64,000 nucleotides of DNA from Barthelona sp. PCE (lineage: Eukaryota), in NCBI GenBank assembly GCA_040285745.1, contig JAUFOR010000008.1:1178001-1242000 (forward strand), in the 5' to 3' direction. Below the pieces are notes generated by a model. It did no database searches. It saw nothing but the letters and a program-made list of their open reading frames with translations, and was not told the DNA's origin. Both the position numbers and the translations under genes were made by a program. Shown here in pieces: positions 1 to 8,700 of this stretch (the stretch's first letter is position 1; every line of letters begins with the position of its first letter).

Positions 1-1
1 T

Positions 2-1780
2 GTGTTGTTGCAGGCATTTGGAGCAGATGAGTCTCTCACTCTGTCGATGTTGGACGAAGAAGAAATTATACCAGAGTTTATGAGTGAAATTGAAGATGAT
101 GAAGAAAACGTACTCGATCTCACAGAGTATTCGCAGAAAACGTTTTCTATTGACACCCAGAATACAAGGGATATTGATGACGCGTTCACCTTTCTGTCTA
201 AAGGAAACGATAAGACACTTTGCATACACATTGTTGATATGACTGCCAACAAACAGCTCATAGATGAGAAAGAGGGTCTGCTCCAAAGCGTATACGGCGA
301 AGAACACTGTTATAAGCACATGTTCGGGTCCAAAGATGGGAAGCAGGGTCTTGTTGCAAACCAGAACAAGCGCTGCCTGACATTATGGCTAGATAAAGAT
401 GATGAAGGCTTTAACTATGATTTTCACCAGACGTTGGTCAACGTATCAGAGAACCGATGTTATTCAACGTGTCACGATCTGGAGAGCATTCTTGAGAGTG
501 TAAGTTCTTTTCTTCAACAGTTTTGCGATGAGTACGATGTACCCATCGAGTTTGATGAAAGCGATCCTGCTACAGTTGTTATGAATATGATGTTAGTTTA
601 CGGTGCAATGTTTGCACAAATGTGCTGCGAGGACGGAATTAAGTGTATGTACAGATATAATTCGTACAATCAAGGGACAAAGCCAATTAAGCACGAGTAT
701 CTAGGTTTCAAGTATGTGCGTGCAACGAGCCCTCTACGGCGTCTATCCGATCTGATGATGCAGTGTGTACTGAAAGCAGCGTTAAAAGACGAAAGTTATG
801 CAATTAATAGCATGGTGTTTGGGGAGTGCATTGAGCAAGAGGTTGCTGCAAACAGGGTAAGTCGTAACGCAGGACTGTGGCGGTTGGACCATCTAGCATC
901 ACTAGGATACACGAAGTTTAGTGCTCAAGTGAAAAGATTGGATATGGATAACACTAATATTGGATTGTGTATTGATTTACCACAGGAATACGTGCGCCAG
1001 TTTGTGTTTATGCATAGACACAGTTTTTACTGTGGCTTCAGTTATTTCACAGATATTTCTGTTATTGACAGTCTGTTAGAATCTGGCGCAAAAAGTTTGA
1101 ATTTATCAGTTAAAACTGGCAGCTCTGTGTTCAGATTGGGCATTCCTTCCCTTTCTGTTACAAGCAAAGTTGATACTGTGGATGATGAAATTAATTTCGG
1201 AGTTCAATCTTTTTACAGCATGAATGATCTTAAATCAACCAATATATTGCCAGATCCACCACTTTTCGAGATCCCAACAATGAGAAATCCTTTTGGAATA
1301 CCTGTTTTTTTAGAGAGATCAAAAATTTTTTATTTTGTTGATCAAGCTATGCAAGGATACACTGTTCCTTTGTTGTGTAGCCGGGGTGTTTTTGGAAGCA
1401 GGATTAATTATATTATCGCTCATTGTGAAAATAATGTGGGTTTTTGTGGCCTTGTTGATAACGGTGATCAGAATTCAGTTTTTTTGATAACTAATGAGTT
1501 GATGAGCGAACGTCTGATAATTAATATGGAGAGGAACTGTGAGCACCTGTATCGCTTACCGGAGGGAAGGAAGTTGTTTAACATGGATGATTACCATCGA
1601 TGCTTCAGTCAAAGTTTGTTAAAGTTGAATATTGGGATGTACGTTGCGCCAACAATGCTATTTATGTTTACTAATAATTGGTCGTATGAGAAAAATGCCA
1701 ATAAGGCAGTTATTCGTTTTTGCAAAAGTGTATATGAGAAAAAAGCACAACGAAAGACAATATTTGAATCTATTCTTTGA
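2..1780 (+). CDS. RNB-domain (RNase II/R/Dis3 family) 3'-5' exoribonuclease, 5'-partial
   Basis: Catalytic motif TFSIDTQNTRDIDDAF, HIVD, and the C-terminal RNB motif RATSPLRRLSDL. The ORF is open at the window edge. Confidence 0.8.
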   Translation: MLLQAFGADESLTLSMLDEEEIIPEFMSEIEDDEENVLDLTEYSQKTFSIDTQNTRDIDDAFTFLSKGNDKTLCIHIVDMTANKQLIDEKEGLLQSVYGEEHCYKHMFGSKDGKQGLVANQNKRCLTLWLDKDDEGFNYDFHQTLVNVSENRCYSTCHDLESILESVSSFLQQFCDEYDVPIEFDESDPATVVMNMMLVYGAMFAQMCCEDGIKCMYRYNSYNQGTKPIKHEYLGFKYVRATSPLRRLSDLMMQCVLKAALKDESYAINSMVFGECIEQEVAANRVSRNAGLWRLDHLASLGYTKFSAQVKRLDMDNTNIGLCIDLPQEYVRQFVFMHRHSFYCGFSYFTDISVIDSLLESGAKSLNLSVKTGSSVFRLGIPSLSVTSKVDTVDDEINFGVQSFYSMNDLKSTNILPDPPLFEIPTMRNPFGIPVFLERSKIFYFVDQAMQGYTVPLLCSRGVFGSRINYIIAHCENNVGFCGLVDNGDQNSVFLITNELMSERLIINMERNCEHLYRLPEGRKLFNMDDYHRCFSQSLLKLNIGMYVAPTMLFMFTNNWSYEKNANKAVIRFCKSVYEKKAQRKTIFESIL

Positions 1781-2288
1781 CATGTGTTGTGTTTAATTGT
1801 CTAAAAAAGTTAAGAAATTGATCAAAGTAATCGTTGGCGAGGATATCTTCTGAAGTTTTTAGTTGTTCAGGAATCTCCTTGTATATCTGTCTGCATATGC
1901 TCACATCGCTGTTGATGCTATCAATTAATCCTTGGATAGACTCAAATTTTGATTGTGGACGAATATGATGAGTACATATTACTGACAGTTCAGTATCATA
2001 AAACTCCTCATCCTTGAAATCATGAAGGATGTGCACTTCATAACTCACCTTTTGGTTATCAAAACATGGAACCACACCGATACCAATTACTGATAAATAA
2101 ACGGAAGAATCACCTTGGCGCTTGCAAATACCAATATAGACACCTCGTTGCAGGTTGTCTTGTTCAGCAACAATAAATTGATCCTCATGAATGTCCAAAT
2201 TAGCTGTTGGGAAGCCTAGTTGTCGTCCTCGTTGGAATCCATGAACAATGTTCCCTCTAAGTGTGAATACGCGCTCCAGTTGTGTCAT
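1770..2288 (-). CDS. RFK: Monofunctional riboflavin kinase
   Basis: GFQRGRQLGFPTANL, GVY, EVHILHDF and IRPQSKFES motifs. Start placed at MTQLERV (2288); the ORF track starts at 2360. Confidence 0.92.
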   Translation of the reverse strand: MTQLERVFTLRGNIVHGFQRGRQLGFPTANLDIHEDQFIVAEQDNLQRGVYIGICKRQGDSSVYLSVIGIGVVPCFDNQKVSYEVHILHDFKDEEFYDTELSVICTHHIRPQSKFESIQGLIDSINSDVSICRQIYKEIPEQLKTSEDILANDYFDQFLNFFRQLNTTHVKE

Positions 2289-2482
2289 TTTTAATAATGT
2301 TAAGGTTGATAAAAGAAAGAACAAGTTAATCAATTGGATTAATTGCTGATTCATTTTCATTAGTATTTTGAAAATGTACTATAATCCTTCATATGTGAGC
2401 TGTTTGCTTTTCCCAGTTCGGAAAAGCTCTATTAATGGAGGAAAAAAAAAAAAAAAAAAATGATTTATTTGATATATGCAAT

Positions 2483-3709
2483 TTAGGAGCCAACTTTCTT
2501 TTTCTTAGTGTTACTTCTTGTTTGTTCATCCTTGAACGCTTGGAAGTCTTCTGAACACTTCTTACAAGCATTTAATAATGCTGCAACAATGAAAAAGATG
2601 ATGACCAACACTACAATAATAAGCATGAAACGCCAGAATAAACTCCAAGCAAAGCTACCCATGAAAGAGAGTCCAGGGTCTCTGTAATAATCAACATCGG
2701 TCCAACCCAGTAACTCGAGGATAACCTGACCAACATAGTATATGGGGACAATAGAGGCCCAACCATGTACAGCGATACATTGAACCAGCTCAATACCAAT
2801 TGTTTTAGAATCGTCATCAAAGAATTCATCAAGATCTCCAAATATAGCTTGTGAAATCTTTATAAATCCAAAAAGATCTATAACGAAACTTATTATAACG
2901 TAAATTACAAGAACATTTTGTGTAGCAAGGGATCTTTCGTCCAATGCAATGATTATTATCATTAGAATAGGGTAAATACATGTGTTGAAACCAATAAAAG
3001 CAGCGATCCAAGATAATTTAGTTTTAGATGCATCAGAAGCTTCAATATAGGTTTTGATAGAGTTGATCATAAAGATACCGGGGAATAACCACACAATACC
3101 AGCCACATAAATACCACCATTAAGCATCATTAATCCAAAAACTAAAAGATAAAATAGGGCAAGTATAAAAACAAAAAAGACACTGGTTGTACGCCATTTG
3201 TAGAAGTCATAGTAAGAAAGAGGACTTATTGAAGGATTCTTTAGATGATCCATTATTTGTGGCATAAATAAACCACCTAAGTAGTTAATAAACATAGATA
3301 CAACGTATGTAAAGAATAAAACATCAAGCATGAACATAATAAAGAATATTTTATGCTCCCAAAGGTCTTCTAAATCTCTATTTTCTGCAAAACGACGGAA
3401 CATTACAAAAAAGGAAACATGAAGAATTACAAAGTTAAGAAGCTTGTCAGAGATCACAATGGATGCAATTTGCAGTACAAACATAATGATATCTATTAAG
3501 AAAGTACCAAATTTGGTTTCTCCAGAACATAAACTCTGCTTAATGAAAGAAAAGAAGAGCATGAGGGGGGATATGTGTACACTCTCGTCTTCATGATAAG
3601 ATGGTTCTACATAGCTGTGGTTTGAATGATCCACAGCTCCCATTGGAGCTGTTGGCATTACAGGAATACCAGCCATTCCAGGTGCCGTAGGAGCAGTAGG
3701 AGCAGACAT
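2483..3709 (-). CDS. Uncharacterised multi-pass membrane protein (paralogue of 43923-45176)
   Basis: 408 aa with many hydrophobic segments, a Pro/Ala-rich N-terminus and a C-terminal KKKKVGS. Shares blocks with the ORF at 43923. Confidence 0.8.
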   Translation of the reverse strand: MSAPTAPTAPGMAGIPVMPTAPMGAVDHSNHSYVEPSYHEDESVHISPLMLFFSFIKQSLCSGETKFGTFLIDIIMFVLQIASIVISDKLLNFVILHVSFFVMFRRFAENRDLEDLWEHKIFFIMFMLDVLFFTYVVSMFINYLGGLFMPQIMDHLKNPSISPLSYYDFYKWRTTSVFFVFILALFYLLVFGLMMLNGGIYVAGIVWLFPGIFMINSIKTYIEASDASKTKLSWIAAFIGFNTCIYPILMIIIIALDERSLATQNVLVIYVIISFVIDLFGFIKISQAIFGDLDEFFDDDSKTIGIELVQCIAVHGWASIVPIYYVGQVILELLGWTDVDYYRDPGLSFMGSFAWSLFWRFMLIIVVLVIIFFIVAALLNACKKCSEDFQAFKDEQTRSNTKKKKVGS

Positions 3710-3767
3710 AGATGAGTTTTAAAAAGAAGTAAGAACAAAAACAGATAGAATTCACAAATCATGTTTA

Positions 3768-4523
3768 TTATTCTTCTTTAGCATCCTCAGACTTTGTTAC
3801 AATATTAGCAGAAAAACCAAACTGCAACAACCACTTTTTCGTGAAAAATATATCAAATAGAAGAATTGTAGCAGTAAAAAGAAATAGAATCATAGAGTGA
3901 GTATCAATCAAATCTACAAAATATGCAATTATCATTAAAAATATTCCAGAGATGCATTCTATTGTAAAAAAGCAGCGTCTAAGAGTGAACTGTGCACCTT
4001 TAAATTGAACAGAAGGAATAATTTGTAAAAGAACAGCAAAATAATAAAATACCTCCATCAGCATTGTTTTTGAAATAAAAATGGGTTCAAATACATCATC
4101 AATATGAATAGGAAGGCGTAAAAACCATACTACCATGAGTCTCAGAAATACAAACATTGCACAAGACGAACCAATAGCAAAACTTCTTGCATCCAACGGT
4201 GATGTTGCGTCTATTTTAACAGATGAAGCGCTTAACTGTGGGGAATTTTGGATGCTGAAGTTTCCTAACTGGCCAACGAGTTTTCTATAGAACTTGATAC
4301 GGAATAAAGAACCTAAAACTGCATTAAATGCAATGAAAAGCAGTTTAACGTTCGTTTTCAGGGTCACATGGGCTGCCATTGCTAGAATGAACAAAAAAAT
4401 CTCTATAGAGAATCCAATAAACCCTCCGATTACAGAAACTTTGGGTAAACCAACATATAAAATAATGAGAGGTAAAATTGCTACAGTTACAAGTGCAACC
4501 CCTACAAAAGCGTTGTTATACAT
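3768..4523 (-). CDS. Multi-pass membrane protein, possibly a divergent gamma-secretase subunit APH-1
   Basis: 251 aa with about 7 hydrophobic segments. SLFRIKFYRKL and SPLDARSFAIGS resemble APH-1 EVFRFAYYKLL and SPISIRQMAYVS as I recall them. Confidence 0.4.
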   Translation of the reverse strand: MYNNAFVGVALVTVAILPLIILYVGLPKVSVIGGFIGFSIEIFLFILAMAAHVTLKTNVKLLFIAFNAVLGSLFRIKFYRKLVGQLGNFSIQNSPQLSASSVKIDATSPLDARSFAIGSSCAMFVFLRLMVVWFLRLPIHIDDVFEPIFISKTMLMEVFYYFAVLLQIIPSVQFKGAQFTLRRCFFTIECISGIFLMIIAYFVDLIDTHSMILFLFTATILLFDIFFTKKWLLQFGFSANIVTKSEDAKEE

Positions 4524-4563
4524 AATTCATAACCCAGAGAAAGGTAGAAAAAAATGTTTCATT

Positions 4564-5592
4564 TTACTGAGTTAACTCAATCTCAATAGGGATCATACGG
4601 TCATCTTCGATAATAACTTCGGGTGGGTTCATGTCAAACTCGACTTTAGAACCAATATCGGTCTTACTAGGAGTAGCCTGTTTAGGTTCTAAAGCATTTC
4701 TCAAAAGAGTATCATGTAAAATACCTTGCTCCATTTTATCTGATGTAGCAGGAGCAACTCGCTCATTGGGGTGGATCCACTTGATCAATCCTTCTATTAA
4801 ATCATGTTCACTGAATGTTGAAGTAAATGGAAATTGCTTTTTAACAAAAGTAACCGCCAAACAATATAACTTACCAATCTCACTATCAACAAAAATAATG
4901 TCACCTGTCTTGAAAAGAGCATCCACTTTCCTCTTGATGCTCATCTTGCTTCTGATAGTACCTGATAATACACGAATATCCTCATAATCTATTTTCCCTT
5001 GATAATTTGCTATTCGAAGTATTCTGGTTAATTCGTCTAAACTGTAATGCGAGGGGGTTCCGCCCACACCTCTACGGCCGCCACCAGAAGACTTATCGTT
5101 CTTCTTCTTCCGTTTTCCTTTGGAAATAGTTTTGCCTTTTGACTTTTTCTGTTCTGGAGGAAGTTCTAGCTTCGGGGGATTCGGTTTAGAGAAGAAGAAA
5201 GATGGATTTGGCAGTGTGTTAGATTGAACTATAGGTGTAGAAGGTGTTGGTGGCATTGCTTCTTTTGGGTGCGAATTAATGTTTAAAAATGGCGGGTTTG
5301 TGGGCGTCATGGTAGGTGGATCACCCATATGATTGACAGACTCCTGTGCGTTTTGAAAAAAACCCTTCAAAAGCGGTCGCAAATCTGGGTCCTGTGTTAC
5401 GCGCTTTGCTATGTCTTTTTCCAGCTTGGGGTCGTAGTGCTGTGTTGATTTAACGTAATCAGAGACGAGTTTAACAGTTTCAAGCACGGCACATCCAATT
5501 ATCGATTGGATATCGGGCACATTAAACTCGTCATCGTCAACTACGTGTTGTTTCTTCAAGGGCGTCGATGAAAACAAACGTTTTGATGCCAT
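4564..5592 (-). CDS. Hypothetical nuclear protein with a possible Myb/SANT-like domain
   Basis: Pro-rich linker, a basic NLS-like KGKRKKK, then YSLDELTRIL...IDYEDI...RSKMSIKRK with Myb-like spacing. The domain call is weak. Confidence 0.55.
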   Translation of the reverse strand: MASKRLFSSTPLKKQHVVDDDEFNVPDIQSIIGCAVLETVKLVSDYVKSTQHYDPKLEKDIAKRVTQDPDLRPLLKGFFQNAQESVNHMGDPPTMTPTNPPFLNINSHPKEAMPPTPSTPIVQSNTLPNPSFFFSKPNPPKLELPPEQKKSKGKTISKGKRKKKNDKSSGGGRRGVGGTPSHYSLDELTRILRIANYQGKIDYEDIRVLSGTIRSKMSIKRKVDALFKTGDIIFVDSEIGKLYCLAVTFVKKQFPFTSTFSEHDLIEGLIKWIHPNERVAPATSDKMEQGILHDTLLRNALEPKQATPSKTDIGSKVEFDMNPPEVIIEDDRMIPIEIELTQ

Positions 5593-5748
5593 AAGTATGA
5601 AAGAAGGAAGGGAAATTGAAAACACTGTAAAGTTGATGTTTCTATCTTTTTACAAACATCAGTGGTTAGTTTTGCTGCACTTCACACCTGAGGAAACCAA
5701 GTGAAGCCTCATGAACAATATTTATTATCCACAAATTATTTCTTTATT

Positions 5749-8700
5749 CTATACGATAACTCGGATCAATGTTTCACAACACGGGGGCAAATATGGACTC
5801 GGGTGCGATGTGATGTTAATAAAACCGCTGTAATCTGCACCACCAACACTTTTTATCTCAAACATAAGCTTCTCGAATGGTCGCAAGAACACAAGCTCTT
5901 CTGACACTCTACACTGGCGTGTATGCAGATTGAGATACTGGCAATAGTCTACATCACTACAAAGTATAAGATTGGCCTTAAAGGTACCACTGTCGCTCAG
6001 CCTTAGTTTGATAACAAAGTCGTCCTCTTCTCGAGCAAGTTCCTCGAACGGGATGTACTGTGAGCTTTCTCGCTGTATTATGAATCCACGATCTAGATTG
6101 TAGTCAAGATGAACCGGAATAGAAGCGCTGATTTTTGAATTCTTAATGCGATACTGAATGGAGTCTGCATTTTTGTCCCCGTTGAGGCGTATGAAGCGGT
6201 TAGTGAGCGATGTAAACATGCGGAAATCATCAACCATGCTGAATTCTTCAATAATTGAGTGATTTTCGTTGTAAAACAATGAATCAATAGTAAAGACAAT
6301 ACGTTTCCTTTCCTCAGGTTTTAAATCAATCGATGTGTCACCTTTTACCCATGGTTGATATTTAAACTCAATGGTTTGCATTTCTGTTCCGTTATTCACG
6401 AAATGTACAACCAATTCATAGTTATGTCGATATCCAGACACCTTCATCGTCAACGGATAGTGCTCAACTAGATATTTGGAGTCGCGTAACTTCAAAGGGA
6501 AGTGACAAAATCTGTGTTGATCTTCTGCATTACGGAGCACGATATCAATGTTCAACTCAATTAGTTTGACATATTGCCTTGTGATCTTGCCGATTTGGGT
6601 CGTCAACGGCCAGAAGCTTTGGGAGGCAAGCATCATTGTTGTGTCTTGTCTCTGCATATCGTGAATATCAAACACCAACTGGCACAAAACATCGACAGAG
6701 CTCTGCGGCTCGATCACCAACCCGGGTGTAAGGACACCGCTATCTAGGGACTGTACCCAGTGCGGGTTGATACGTTCAGTGAAGTAGTTAACAATGCGAA
6801 TGCGGAAATTTGATGCATCAAGTATACTCAACTCCCGCAAATACTCCAACCTTTCATGTTTCATGAGGCCGTCCAAAGCACTGTTGATATTACAGTTATT
6901 GAAGCGAAGATCCTTGATAACTGAATGCAAAAACACATTCTGAACGTTCTCTGAGATGTTCTGGATACGTATCCTGAAAATATTACTGTTGTCACGTGAT
7001 GCACTGGTGTTCAGCGAACAGTCTAACGCATATATCAGAGAGCTATTGTCGTTCACATGACTCGAAACAATGAACGCAGACAAATCGTCGTTGCGACTTA
7101 CCTGCTTAAACGATACCCATTCAGAAATATTACTATGCTCCTTTTCGTTGAAAATAACTGAGTCACCAAAAAGATTCTGCTCTCGAGTTTTTTGAATGGT
7201 TGATATAAAAGCGTTATACAATTTTGTAAAGTTGCTTGGTGTGAAATGATCAAACGGAAGGTCAATTGCAGCGGGGATTGGCGTCGTTGGCTTGGAAAAG
7301 AAATCCTGCTCCGAAGGTAATGGTAAATCAGTTAAAAACGGTGGTAGAGTATTATCAATTGTTGTCACAGTTCCAGGCGAATTGTGGCGTGGGCTAAGCA
7401 TCATTGCAGTGTTCTTGATTGTGGTGGAAGAGCGACGCGAGGATCTGACAGAAAAAGATTTGCTAATACTATCATCATCATCGTCAAAATTCTCTGGCAA
7501 CAGGAATTTATCCTGTAGGAACTTCATAAACCCTTCAACTGTGTCTATATCACCAAGACTACTCGCTATCTCTTCTCTGAAGAATGTTATCGTACAGGGA
7601 ATGTAGCTGATACTGTAGTTTGAGTTCAGTCGTAAGCAGAAATCATAGACGACGTCTTCGTTTGAAGTCAAGATCCGCTGAATCAGATCATGATCATTTC
7701 TCATGCACATTTCATACAGCATGATAGTAACGTTGAGATAAAGTGTGAGTTCGATACCTGACCACCCATTAAGCTTAATACTTTGAGCTTGTGTGTACGA
7801 TTTAAGGAAAACCTCATTCTTAATATCGCGAGGACGTTCCGTAACAAATGCATTAATACGTTTCTTACACTTTTTGATTTTCTTTTCACCCTTCAACTTT
7901 TTCCCAGTACGGAGCTCATCAGTCCTCTTTCGGATAGCTATTTTGACCTTCCTGTTGATCTGCTCAAAGTTTCCATCTCTATTAGTCTCAGAGTTCATGT
8001 CAACAACTGCTTCGTTTTCTTCGTTCTTCTCACGGAAGGTGTAGAAGAAGCCATCCTCCATGAGGGTGCCCGTGACGCTGTCCCAAGAGCTCTCTCCTTG
8101 ATTCACACTCTGCAAAAGACTCAGTTTAATATTGTATTTCACCTGAGACTTGTTGCAAAGTATCGTTTTAAACTTTATACTGCGTAAAAAGATATTTTCT
8201 GTCCTTGGTTTCATGTTAAATTGCAAAGTTTCAGCGATCATATCATCTACATCATTGTTCAAATCCAAATTTTTCAGTCGATAAAAAAGCTTCTCGGATT
8301 CAAACTCTTCCTTACTGTACATGCGAAGGGGACTTGTTGTGAAATCCAAAACACCGGGTCGGATGATTAAATCGTCTCTTTTTATGACTTTAGCCTTGAT
8401 CTTAACAAGTATCTTTTTAATATTACTGAAAACATTGAATCCGACTGAATACTTGTCAAAATCAAACTCCTGGTTGTGTGTGTTGATGAATTGTTTCAAA
8501 AAAACATCGCTGCTGTTGGAGTCAAAGTTAACCAAACTATACACCATCAGCTCAATGTTATTAAGCTTGCGACCATGATCGTAATAGGCGCGCAGGTCAA
8601 ATGTCTTGTTCTTGTTATCAAACAGCATATTCTCCTGCGAGAAGATAAGTTTGTCCAAACTCTTAAATAAAAAGTTCTCGCAGTTGAGCATGTCTAATAT

